A stretch of DNA of 64,000 nucleotides from Nitrospinota bacterium (GCA_965223725.1 CBDCXE010000003.1:156689-220688); one strand, 5' to 3'. Shown: positions 46,394 through 55,704, numbered from the stretch's first letter. The notes: generated from the letters alone by a model not told the origin. A program made the numbers and translations.

Positions 46394-47683
46394 ATGGTAA
46401 CAGCAGCGCCTTTTAAAGGCATCACCTATAACCCGGACATAATAACAAACCTCAGCGATGTCCTGGCGCCACCCTATGATGTGATATCGCCGACCATGCA
46501 GGACCAGTTGCACCAACTGCATGATCATAATGTTATCCGGCTTATTCTGGGCAAGACCGGCAGTGAAGATAATGATGAAAACAACCGCTATACCAGGGCG
46601 GCGGAATACCTCGGACAATGGCTTGAAGATGGCTCTTTAACCAGAAGTGACGAGCCTGCCATCTATCTCTATTCGCAGGAATATAACATTGGCGATACAA
46701 AATCACACCGGCTGGGCTTTATCTGCCGCGTCCGGCTGGAGCCGTTTGGCGCCTCTATATACCCGCATGAGCGGACCATGTCCGGGCCAAAGGAGGATCG
46801 GCTGAAGCTTATGAAAGCGTGCGAAACCAACTTTTCGCAGGTATTTGGCTTGTATGCGGACAAGGAGCTGACCCTCGATACAGTATGGGAAAATGTTATG
46901 CGGCAACCAGCCGACATGTCCGCCACTGTGGAAGGGATCGAACATGAGGTATGGGTTATCTCAAACAAAAACGTCATCAATCAGATAACCAGCTTCTTGA
47001 CCGATGTTACCGTCGTTATTGCCGATGGCCATCATCGATATGAAACCGCGCTGAACTATAGCCAGTGGCGCAGGGAGCGGGATAACGAAAACCGAAACGA
47101 CGCCGATTACGATTATGTGATGATGTATTTGTCGAATATCCACTCGCAAGGGTTCACTGTGTTGCCGACCCACCGCATTGTGACCGATAAATGTGAAGCC
47201 AACCTCGAAGCGCTGCTTGAGCGGCTGAAAACCGATTTTGACATAGTGGAACGGCAAGTCACACCAGACATGGCGGGAGAGTTTGAAAAGGAACTAAAGG
47301 CGGCGGGGGCGAATGCGCCCAGCTTCGGGATGTATCTGGGGAACGGGGCCATGAGCCTTTTGACCATGAAGGGCGAAGTGTTGTCAACTTTGAACAGCAC
47401 ATTGCAGCGGCTGGATGTGACGATCCTGCAGGAGAGGATATTGGAAAACGCGCTGGGCATTTCCAAGGAGCAGGTGGCCAGCAAATCCGCCGTTTGTTAT
47501 ATGGTGGACGCCGGCGGCGCCATGGAGCTGGTGGACAACGGTGTGGCGCAGGCGGCCTTTCTGATGAACAATACAGAGGTGGATCAGGTAATGGATGTGG
47601 CGACCTCTTGCGGGGTAATGCCGCAGAAATCGACCTATTTTTATCCGAAACTGATTTCGGGGCTGGTGTTCAATCCGTTGTGA
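46394..47683 (+). CDS. DUF1015 domain-containing protein
   Basis: Conserved N-terminus PFKGITYNP ... LAPPYDVIS and overall length typical of DUF1015. Confidence 0.75.
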   Translation: MVTAAPFKGITYNPDIITNLSDVLAPPYDVISPTMQDQLHQLHDHNVIRLILGKTGSEDNDENNRYTRAAEYLGQWLEDGSLTRSDEPAIYLYSQEYNIGDTKSHRLGFICRVRLEPFGASIYPHERTMSGPKEDRLKLMKACETNFSQVFGLYADKELTLDTVWENVMRQPADMSATVEGIEHEVWVISNKNVINQITSFLTDVTVVIADGHHRYETALNYSQWRRERDNENRNDADYDYVMMYLSNIHSQGFTVLPTHRIVTDKCEANLEALLERLKTDFDIVERQVTPDMAGEFEKELKAAGANAPSFGMYLGNGAMSLLTMKGEVLSTLNSTLQRLDVTILQERILENALGISKEQVASKSAVCYMVDAGGAMELVDNGVAQAAFLMNNTEVDQVMDVATSCGVMPQKSTYFYPKLISGLVFNPL

Positions 47684-48279
47684 AAGTCAACTCCGCCACA
47701 TTTATCAAATCTGCGGTAAAACCGGAACAATACCCCGATCTGCCCTTACCGGAGATAGCGTTCGCTGGCCGATCAAATGTGGGTAAATCGTCGCTGATCA
47801 ATTCGCTGACCGGCCGCAAGGGCCTGGTCAAGGTCAGCAAAACCCCGGGCAAAACCCAGCTGCTGAACTTCTTTTCGATAAACGAAAAGCTGGCCTTTGT
47901 GGATATGCCCGGTTACGGCTTCGCCAACGTGCCGTTACAGGCGAAAAAGAGCTGGGGACGGATGGTGGAGACTTATCTGGAGACCAGCGGCAACCTGCAG
48001 GCGGTCGCCATGTTGCTCGACTGCCGGCGGGATCCTAATGAAGACGACCGGTTGCTGCTATCGTGGCTGGATGAAATGGAGATCCCGCTGATCCTGGTCT
48101 TCACGAAGATCGACAAGATCCCGAAAACCCGCAGGGCGAAGCGGATCAGATCTGTCATGTCGAATATTAACGATATCGTTGATAGCGATGTGCGCGCTGT
48201 CTGCTATTCTGCCCACACTGGCGAAGGCAAACGAGAGCTGTGGACGGCGATAACCGAGAGCGCCGGCTTGAAAAGATGA
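47680..48279 (+). CDS. engB: ribosome biogenesis GTP-binding protein YihA/YsxC
   Basis: G1 GRSNVGKSSLIN, G3 DMPGYG, G4 TKIDK; probable GTG start overlapping the upstream stop; the ORF-track start at 47494 is an extension. Confidence 0.85.
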   Translation: MKVNSATFIKSAVKPEQYPDLPLPEIAFAGRSNVGKSSLINSLTGRKGLVKVSKTPGKTQLLNFFSINEKLAFVDMPGYGFANVPLQAKKSWGRMVETYLETSGNLQAVAMLLDCRRDPNEDDRLLLSWLDEMEIPLILVFTKIDKIPKTRRAKRIRSVMSNINDIVDSDVRAVCYSAHTGEGKRELWTAITESAGLKR

Positions 48280-48282
48280 ATA

Positions 48283-49086
48283 TCACCCCGGACGTGAGAG
48301 CATGAATCTGCGGCAACGCCGAACGAACATTTTAAACATGGCGCCGCTGGCGCTATTGTCATTGAGCTGCTCCGGGTGCCACTGCACACCTAATATGAAC
48401 CGCCCGCTGTCCACGCCCTCCACCGCCTCTATCACACCGTCCGGCGCCACAGCGCAAACTGTTAATCCTTTGCCGATATCCTTGATCGCCTGATGGTGTG
48501 TAGAGTTGACATCCAGCGATGTCGATTTCACAGCTTTTGCCAGAACAGAGCCACGGACCAGATCAACCGGATGGCTGGATTCGCTTGCCGGCAGCGGCTT
48601 CTGCTCATGTTGTAAGCAGTTATCCATCTGGGTGTTCAGGTCTTGATACAGTGACCCTTTGAAGGCGATGTTGATCGCCTGGAGCCCGCCGCAAATACCG
48701 AATATCGGGATGCCCCGGTCCACCGCTTTTTTGATCAGGTATATCTCCGAGTCGGTTCTGTCTGGCTTGATTTCATCGATTCTGAATAAAGGCTCTTCGC
48801 CGTACAGCCGCGGGTCTATATCGAAATATCCGCCGGTGACCAGAAGCCCGTCCACTATAGCGAGGTATGAGTCATTCCTGCGGGCAGGGACCAGGGCCGG
48901 GAGGATCAGCGGGGCGGCGCCAGCTTCGGAGACAGCTTCCACATAACGTCTTTTCATGGAAAAGAGAGGGTCATCGCTTTCATCAATATCAGCGGTCAAC
49001 CCAATAAGCGGTCGTTTACCAGTACCCATCATGATAAAATAGCTGACAGCGGCAAGCTGGTCAAACAGCTTTTGCAAATTAATCAT
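48283..49086 (-). CDS. class I glutamine amidotransferase-like / gamma-glutamyl-GABA hydrolase (peptidase C26) family protein
   Basis: GICGGLQ nucleophile elbow and HHQ/H-E region. Confidence 0.75.
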   Translation of the reverse strand: MINLQKLFDQLAAVSYFIMMGTGKRPLIGLTADIDESDDPLFSMKRRYVEAVSEAGAAPLILPALVPARRNDSYLAIVDGLLVTGGYFDIDPRLYGEEPLFRIDEIKPDRTDSEIYLIKKAVDRGIPIFGICGGLQAINIAFKGSLYQDLNTQMDNCLQHEQKPLPASESSHPVDLVRGSVLAKAVKSTSLDVNSTHHQAIKDIGKGLTVCAVAPDGVIEAVEGVDSGRFILGVQWHPEQLNDNSASGAMFKMFVRRCRRFMLSRPG

Positions 49087-49209
49087 GGGTTAGTATAAAT
49101 GCGTTTGAATTTTTGGATGCCCAGGTCATAGCTGCGGATCTATTTTGTAAGCGCGCGTTTTGAGGGAGCTGAACAGTTGAATCGGTATAAGTGATTGGAA
49201 AGAAAACGA

Positions 49210-49239
49210 TTGACAACTCAATAAATATTGAATTATACT
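49210..49239 (+). promoter_or_regulatory. sigma70-like promoter (TTGACA-N17-TTATAC) for the GTPase/Roadblock operon
   Basis: Read directly from sequence; ~125 nt upstream of the first operon gene. Confidence 0.35.
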
Positions 49240-49362
49240 TATAGCAACCAAGCCGGAAATTTAGCCGCACAATGCAGATCTTAGTGGTGGGGAATCCGTT
49301 TTAGTCAAATTGAGAGGAAAGTTGGTCAACCTTGGTTGTATTGGGTATAGTTCCATAATTAA

Positions 49363-50424
49363 ATGAATAAAACAGTATCGACAGGACAGAAACCGACTCC
49401 AGAAGTGGAGTCGTACAAGAAAGTTGCCAGAGATTTACTGAAATTAAGCGAGTTTTCTTTAGCGCTGGGTGTATGTAACCAAGGTTTGAATAAAAACCCT
49501 GATAGTAGCGCGATGTTTATTACCAAGTCAGAAGTTTTCATCGCCCAATACAAAGGCGAAAGCAACCCGGACTTGCTGAAAAAAGCTTTATCAAACCTGA
49601 ATAATGCCATAAAGCTGGACCCGAACAACTATATAGCCAAAATCCTTGCCAGTCAGATATACCTTAAGGGCAGCGCATTCAGCAAGGCCACAACCTTGTT
49701 GGAAAGTATTTTGAGCGCGTTTCCCAACGACGCCCGGGCATTGGCGTTGATGGACGCGGTCACCGCCAAAATGGCCAAACAGGTGACGCAGACTGCCAAG
49801 GTTCAGGACGTGGAAAAAAAGGCCAGGGCGGAAGCGAAGCCGTCTGCGGCGCCAGCGTCCGACATCATGCAAGGCATGTCCGCCGCCGCCGACAGGGGCG
49901 AAAGGGCCAAGCCGACTGATCCAGAGGTCGTCGAGGATGAAGTGATAATTGCCAGCGACGCCGAACGCCCGGTCGAGGTTCCGGGTGGACTGGTGGAGAC
50001 CAGCCCGGGTGACACCGGTTGGTTTACCGATGACCAGGAGGTCATATTAATCGGTGATGACAAGGACGACACCAAGCATATTGAAATACTGAAATCCAAT
50101 TTCACCATGTTCAGCCGGCTGGATGGTCTGAGCGCGATTTTCCTTGTCAGCGAAAATGGAGAGCCGCTGAAGATCATAAACAAATCCAAAATCGATGAAA
50201 AAGTTTTGCCGTCGCTGATATCAGACCTGTACAGGGCTTCGTTTGTGGGTGTTCAGAAAACACGCTTCGGCAGTTTTCAACGGGGTAAGCTGGTGACACC
50301 TTTGGGCACCATATTCATTGCCAATGCGTTCTATGCGATTCTGGCGCTGGTGGTGAAGAATGACGCCAACTTCAAAACTGTCAACGCCCGGATAAACAGA
50401 TATCTCGAAGAGGTGTCACGATGA
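49363..50424 (+). CDS. TPR-like N-terminal domain + C-terminal Roadblock/LC7 (MglB-like) domain protein
   Basis: TPR-like helical N-terminus; C-terminal ~110 aa has the Roadblock pattern (LSAIFLVSENGEPL ... FIANAFYAILALVV). Confidence 0.55.
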   Translation: MNKTVSTGQKPTPEVESYKKVARDLLKLSEFSLALGVCNQGLNKNPDSSAMFITKSEVFIAQYKGESNPDLLKKALSNLNNAIKLDPNNYIAKILASQIYLKGSAFSKATTLLESILSAFPNDARALALMDAVTAKMAKQVTQTAKVQDVEKKARAEAKPSAAPASDIMQGMSAAADRGERAKPTDPEVVEDEVIIASDAERPVEVPGGLVETSPGDTGWFTDDQEVILIGDDKDDTKHIEILKSNFTMFSRLDGLSAIFLVSENGEPLKIINKSKIDEKVLPSLISDLYRASFVGVQKTRFGSFQRGKLVTPLGTIFIANAFYAILALVVKNDANFKTVNARINRYLEEVSR

Positions 50425-50783
50425 ACGCGCTTAAATCCGCGCTGAATATTTTACGTAATGATCATCACGTGCGAGACAGCCTGGTTGTCACGAAGGACGG
50501 TATGATAATAGAGTCGAGTTTGGATGATATACGCAGGGCGGAGAAGTTAAGCGCTTATTCGTCGCAGATTGCGCTAACAATCAAGGCATCTATGAAAGAT
50601 TTGGGGTTTGATAATTTTATCCGGTATGTAATAAGCTCCAACGAGGGCAAGATATATATTGTCGACCTGGGCCAATCGCTGCTGGTCACGCTGACCGACC
50701 TGGATATTGATTCTGAAAGAATAAATGTGGCGCTATTTCAAGCGGCGAACCTCATTAAAAAATCGGGCAGACTGGATATATAG
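50421..50783 (+). CDS. Roadblock/LC7 domain protein (MglB-like)
   Basis: DSLVVTKDGMIIESS ... KIYIVDLGQSLLVTLT; start overlaps the upstream stop (ATGA). Confidence 0.7.
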   Translation: MNALKSALNILRNDHHVRDSLVVTKDGMIIESSLDDIRRAEKLSAYSSQIALTIKASMKDLGFDNFIRYVISSNEGKIYIVDLGQSLLVTLTDLDIDSERINVALFQAANLIKKSGRLDI

Positions 50784-50803
50784 GGTGTAAATAAAATATA
50801 ACC

Positions 50804-52033
50804 ATGCAAATAAACTATGCAAAGCAGGAGGTGTCTTGCAAGATCGTCTATTATGGGCCGGGGATGAGCGGCAAGACAACCAACCTGGAGATAATACACC
50901 AAAAGGTTCCTGAAGATAACAAAGGGCAAATGACATCTATCGCCACAGAAGGCGATCGCACCCTGTTTTTCGATTTTCTGCCTTTGGACCTGGGCAACGT
51001 GAGGGGTATGACGACCAAGTTCCAGCTTTATACCGTGCCGGGGCAGGTCTACTACGCTTCCACAAGGAAGTTGGTGTTGCAAGGCGCCGATGGCGTTATA
51101 TTTGTCGCCGACTCTCAGGCGGACAAGCTGGCCGAGAATATCGAGTCGTTTGAAGATCTTAAGGAGAACCTGAGTGAATCGAGGATCGATATTGAGGAAA
51201 TACCGTTTGTGATGCAGTGGAACAAGCGTGACCTTCCGGGCGCCATGCCGATAGAAGAGCTGGAAGAAAAAGTAAACCTGATCAACGCGCCGTCCGTATC
51301 GGCGGTGGCGGCGACTGGTGAGGGAGTGCTGGAGACATTGAAAATGATAGCGTCCCTGGTATTGGAGAGGCTCAATAGCAGTGATAAAGCAGAACAACCC
51401 GCCGCCAAGCCGGCGCCAGCGCAAGCGCCCAAAAAAACGGATCATGGCGCCGATGAGTATATCGCCAAGGTCAACAACGATTCGATCTCGAAGGCGTATT
51501 TCAACCAGTATTGTCAGGTTCAGTACAGGCTGGGTGTTAAAAACGATGCAGTGAGTGATTTTAAAAAGTTTACACTGGAAGAGAAAAAGAGACTGCTCGA
51601 TTCCTTGATCAACTATGTCCTGCTGCTACAAGACGCTAAAAGCCGTGGTTTAAAAGCGGACAGGAGTGAGGTGTCTGCCCAGTTAAGTTCGTTCAGTAAT
51701 AAGTTTCGCGCCAGGGAAGAGCTCGATAAATTCCTGGAAACGCGTAACCTCACCATGGACAATCTGCGCAATGAGGCCATTAAAAACATCATCATCGGAA
51801 AAATCATCCATGATGTTATTCCCGATGTACAGCAGAGGGTTCGAATATCAGAAAATGAGATGCGCGATCACTATAATGAAAACAAGAATAAATACGGTGA
51901 TAAGCCGTTGGATCAGGTGAAAAGGGATGTAGCTTCCTATTTAAAGGCCATCAAAAAACGCGCTTTACTCAACGAGTTTTACAGTAAACTACGATCCCGG
52001 GCCTCTATTGAAGTGAGGGAAGATAAATTATAA
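50804..52033 (+). CDS. mglA: MglA-family Ras-like small GTPase fused to a C-terminal SurA-N-like chaperone domain
   Basis: N-terminal ~190 aa near-collinear with MglA (KIVYYGPGMSGKTTNL, DRTLFFDFLPL, YTVPGQVYY, NKRD); Ala/Pro-rich linker; C-terminal ~200 aa matches the SurA/PpiD N-terminal domain pattern (LLDSLINYVLLLQDAKSRGLKADRSEV ...). Confidence 0.8.
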   Translation: MQINYAKQEVSCKIVYYGPGMSGKTTNLEIIHQKVPEDNKGQMTSIATEGDRTLFFDFLPLDLGNVRGMTTKFQLYTVPGQVYYASTRKLVLQGADGVIFVADSQADKLAENIESFEDLKENLSESRIDIEEIPFVMQWNKRDLPGAMPIEELEEKVNLINAPSVSAVAATGEGVLETLKMIASLVLERLNSSDKAEQPAAKPAPAQAPKKTDHGADEYIAKVNNDSISKAYFNQYCQVQYRLGVKNDAVSDFKKFTLEEKKRLLDSLINYVLLLQDAKSRGLKADRSEVSAQLSSFSNKFRAREELDKFLETRNLTMDNLRNEAIKNIIIGKIIHDVIPDVQQRVRISENEMRDHYNENKNKYGDKPLDQVKRDVASYLKAIKKRALLNEFYSKLRSRASIEVREDKL

Positions 52034-52051
52034 CAGTTTTGAGGTGAGCCG

Positions 52052-52552
52052 ATGAAAGATAACAAACTGCGGGACCAACGGCTTGTGTATTACAAAGAGG
52101 ATCTCGACCAGATTGATAAGCTAGTTTCAGAGTTTCTTAAACTATCCAATGCAAGATGTCTTTTTCTTATAGACAAGGAAGGGCACTCCATCACCAGCTC
52201 TGGCTCCACCCAGGAGATAGACCCGGAGACTATTTCCGCCCTTGTGGCTGGCTCCTTCGCCGCCACCAAAGAGTTGGCCAGAACATTGGGCGAGAGTGAA
52301 TTTTCCGTCATGTTTCATCAAGGCAAGACTGATAATATCCATGTGTCACTGATCGGGGACAGGGCCATAACCGCCATAGTATTCGACGAGAAAACCACTG
52401 TTGGCATGATAAATCTGTATTCGAAGGAGCTGACCAGCAAACTGGAAAAAATATTTGATATAGCGTCACGACGGGTAGCCCAACAAAGCGTGATAGAAAC
52501 CAATTATTCAGAGTCTGTAAAAGATAAACTGGACGATATGTTTAAAGACTGA
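52052..52552 (+). CDS. Roadblock/LC7 domain protein (MglB-like, third copy)
   Basis: CLFLIDKEGHSITSSGS ... AITAIVFD pattern. Confidence 0.65.
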   Translation: MKDNKLRDQRLVYYKEDLDQIDKLVSEFLKLSNARCLFLIDKEGHSITSSGSTQEIDPETISALVAGSFAATKELARTLGESEFSVMFHQGKTDNIHVSLIGDRAITAIVFDEKTTVGMINLYSKELTSKLEKIFDIASRRVAQQSVIETNYSESVKDKLDDMFKD

Positions 52553-52583
52553 GCCATTTCACTAGGCTGAATAAAGCTTCGTC

Positions 52584-54503
52584 TTGCAAAGGCATATGAA
52601 AAAAACAAGCTGGATGGTATGTTGCCTGATAATCGCGCTTTTTTATATTTCAAATGAAGGCGCTTTTGCCTATGGCGCGGATGAGCAGGGGACCTATCTG
52701 CCGTTAAACCGTTTTAATGAAGGCTCCCTTGTTTCCCACAGCGAGCTGTCGGACGCCCTTTGGTCCTGGAAAGAATCGATAGACTCCGCCGATCGTGTGG
52801 AAGCGCTGGAGGCCACCAGCAGGGTCCAGAGCTCCGTCGATCATTTTGGGCCACGCAATTTTATATCCCTCGCCGATTTTTTTATTTCTGCAGGCAGAAC
52901 AGCCATAAAGAATAATAACTATGAAGGCGCCGTTCTGGCCGGTAAAAACGCCGCCATGTTCGCGCCAGATTATCCTGCGGCAAACTTTTTTCTGGCTGAC
53001 GCTTTGTTTAAACAAGACAAGTTAAATATCAGCAGCGTAGTTTATTCCATGGTGGCGGGAATAAAATCGAAGTTAACAAATCGTTTGGAGCGCAACAGGC
53101 TGGTCTCATTCCATATGCTATATTTTCTGTTGTCTTTAGCCGTGGCGTTTGTCGCGTGTTTCCTGGTTATGCTCTATACCAACATTCACACATTGTTTGC
53201 CGATATAGCGCTCCGTTTGCCGTTCAAGCCGGGTCGGTACGTCAAGCTCGCTATTATAGCCTTGTTAATTATTTTGCCCTTCGCCCTAGGTGGTTGTTTG
53301 TTGTTCGCCATGGCTCTGCCATTGCTGACCTGGCCATACCTGCGGCCAGCGGGCCGGATGATTGTTCTGCTGTTCGCTATATTTATTCTGATCGTTCCAC
53401 CAAGTTTCAAACTGTTGGCCACAGCCGAAGTGATACAGAAAGAAGATACTTACAAGACGCTGTTATCGCTGACTGATCAAACGTGGGACCATGAGATGAT
53501 CGCGGCGCTGGAACGGGAATACGACAGCCACCCTGATAACGATCTGACCACATTTGCATTGGGTAATTTATATCATCTGGCCGGCATGGATGAAAAAGCC
53601 ATCGCCGTGTATGACGCGTTGCTGGCCATGGACCCAGGGAACGTACAGGTTATGGTGAACAAGGCGAATATATACTTCGAACTGAAAGATTATGAAAGCG
53701 CCAGAAAGCTTTATAACGAAGCGCTGGTGGTGGACCCAAAGTCTGTGGAAGCGCACTATAACCTGGCAAATACTTACACTGCGCTGTTTCGCACCAAGGA
53801 TTCCGACATTGCATACCAGAAAGCTCGCAGTATTAATCCGGAAAAAACCGACAGTTTCAGGGTCGCCCTTGAAAGTAATCCGGATAAAAAAGTATTTGGC
53901 TTTCCAATCACGAAAAAACATTTGAAACAATACAGAAAAACCATGAGCCCGAAAGTTGAATCGTTGGCTTCGGCGTTCTGGGTAACTTATTTTGGCGCCA
54001 CATCGCGCAATGCTTACTACTTGCTGGCGGTGTTGTTTTTATTGGTTGTCTGCCTGCTCTATTTAGTGTGGCATCGTGTTATCGCCCACCAGACCTGCTC
54101 TTCATGCGGCAAGCCGTTTCTTCCCCCTATCCATGTCAAATCACCAGACCCTAGGTGTAACCAGTGTGTGGCGACACAAAGCACAAAAAAAGTTGTGTCG
54201 ACAGCTAAAAAAGAGAGCAAGCGCAAGAAGATAAGGATATATCAATCACGCCGCGCTACCATCGCCAGGATCATGGACAGGGTATTGCCCGGCATGGGGC
54301 GGACCTTTTTTCAACCTACGATCACAGGGTTTGTATTAACATTTGTCACATTCTGGCTCCTGATCTATGTGGGTGTATACCTGTATGACGCCGCAGTTTT
54401 GCAATTGGGCGTTTTGGCAAGTTACTGGAAGCTTTCTATTATCGTGGTGGCGGCGCTTTACTGGCTGAGTATGAACACATTTCTTAAACGGGAATTTTAT
54501 TGA
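52584..54503 (+). CDS. polytopic membrane protein with TPR repeats and a Cys4 zinc-ribbon
   Basis: Signal/TM, TPR repeats (e.g. AIAVYDALLAMDPGNVQVMVNKANIYFELKDYESARKLYNEALVVDP), multiple TM helices, CSSCGKPF...CNQC zinc-ribbon, basic stretch. Confidence 0.6.
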   Translation: MQRHMKKTSWMVCCLIIALFYISNEGAFAYGADEQGTYLPLNRFNEGSLVSHSELSDALWSWKESIDSADRVEALEATSRVQSSVDHFGPRNFISLADFFISAGRTAIKNNNYEGAVLAGKNAAMFAPDYPAANFFLADALFKQDKLNISSVVYSMVAGIKSKLTNRLERNRLVSFHMLYFLLSLAVAFVACFLVMLYTNIHTLFADIALRLPFKPGRYVKLAIIALLIILPFALGGCLLFAMALPLLTWPYLRPAGRMIVLLFAIFILIVPPSFKLLATAEVIQKEDTYKTLLSLTDQTWDHEMIAALEREYDSHPDNDLTTFALGNLYHLAGMDEKAIAVYDALLAMDPGNVQVMVNKANIYFELKDYESARKLYNEALVVDPKSVEAHYNLANTYTALFRTKDSDIAYQKARSINPEKTDSFRVALESNPDKKVFGFPITKKHLKQYRKTMSPKVESLASAFWVTYFGATSRNAYYLLAVLFLLVVCLLYLVWHRVIAHQTCSSCGKPFLPPIHVKSPDPRCNQCVATQSTKKVVSTAKKESKRKKIRIYQSRRATIARIMDRVLPGMGRTFFQPTITGFVLTFVTFWLLIYVGVYLYDAAVLQLGVLASYWKLSIIVVAALYWLSMNTFLKREFY

Positions 54504-54504
54504 T

Positions 54505-55704
54505 ATGGCCCTTAGAGGAAGCCTGGACGATTTTAATATCGTAAACATCCTGCAGATGATAAAGCTGGAGAACAAAACCGGCAAGCTGTCCCTGAACGAA
54601 CTGGATGACCAGGTGAACATTACCTTCGATGATGGCAAAATAGTCTATGCGGAGGGCACAATCGAAAGTGATGAGAAACGTCTTCAATCAACACTGCTCA
54701 GCAACTATATGATCCGGCCCGAAGACTGGAAAGCGATTGAAACAGAACATGAAAACAGGCTCACGTCTTACTGGGATATCCTTCCGAGATATGTGAACCA
54801 TCAGGCGCTTTCGGAGCTGATCAGCCGCCAGGTGGTCGATAACGTTTACTATGCGTTGAGATGGTCCAAAGGGACATACGAATTCACGCCAATGAAAAGC
54901 GTCACGTACAACAAAAGCACAATGCCCCACCGGGATGTGGATGGGATGCTGATGGATGGTGTTCATGTGGCCGACTTATGGGTCAAGACCAGCGCTTATA
55001 TGCCCCCCATGGGCACTTACGTTGAAAAAAATATCATGGGCGAAGTGGAAGCTGGTGGAGCCCTGGATAATACAGATAGCGCGGAGAGCAGGGAGGATTT
55101 CATAGGATCGCTGGAGCATGAGATCCTGACAGCCCGCGGCGTCTCCCTTACCGATCAGGAAACAAAAGTCCTCGCTGTACTGGTTGAAAGCAAGACGATA
55201 GATGGTATTTTAAATTCCGCCCGTCAAAATAAATATGACTCATTACAGGCGTGCCAGTCGTTACTAAAGGCCGGGATCATTAAAGAGGTGAGACCAGGTG
55301 ATCAAACCGCAGCCAGGAAAGGCAACAGTAAATATTCAATAGGTGGGCTGGCCACGGTCCTGATTATAGCGGCGGTGGTAGTGGCGGGGGTGATCTACCA
55401 GCTGATAGCATGGCCCGACGGGCGGGCGGCCAGCGATAGCGGCTCTACAAAAGTTATGATTCATAACTCTGAGAAAGGGCTGAAAAAAATAGAGCATGCA
55501 ATTAAAATATATATTGCATTGAGCAGGGAATACCCCGACGATTTAAATAACCTGGTAAACTCTGGAGTATTGCAAAGCTCTGATATAGTGGATCCATGGG
55601 GCAGGGATTATGAACTGGTCATTACAGAAGATCGTTTTTCACTTTTTTCCCATGGTCCGGATGATATGACAACATCTGATAATATATATCTGCCTGCTAA
55701 TTAA
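54505..55704 (+). CDS. DUF4388 domain - TM helix - type II secretion pseudopilin (GspG)-like C-terminal domain protein
   Basis: N-terminal DUF4388 hallmark (GSLDDFNIVNILQMI); TM helix (LATVLIIAAVVVAGVIYQLI); C-terminus matches the GspG/T2SS_G domain (IKIYIALSREYPDDLNNLVNSGVL...DPWGRDYELVI...FSLFSHGPD); no prepilin cleavage motif. Confidence 0.7.
   Translation: MALRGSLDDFNIVNILQMIKLENKTGKLSLNELDDQVNITFDDGKIVYAEGTIESDEKRLQSTLLSNYMIRPEDWKAIETEHENRLTSYWDILPRYVNHQALSELISRQVVDNVYYALRWSKGTYEFTPMKSVTYNKSTMPHRDVDGMLMDGVHVADLWVKTSAYMPPMGTYVEKNIMGEVEAGGALDNTDSAESREDFIGSLEHEILTARGVSLTDQETKVLAVLVESKTIDGILNSARQNKYDSLQACQSLLKAGIIKEVRPGDQTAARKGNSKYSIGGLATVLIIAAVVVAGVIYQLIAWPDGRAASDSGSTKVMIHNSEKGLKKIEHAIKIYIALSREYPDDLNNLVNSGVLQSSDIVDPWGRDYELVITEDRFSLFSHGPDDMTTSDNIYLPAN

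Noticed and set aside
47494-47679. N-terminal 62 codons of ORF 47494..48279 (engB track call)
   Set aside because: The region overlaps the 3' end of the DUF1015 gene in another frame. EngB homology starts at the GTG at 47680, which overlaps the upstream stop.
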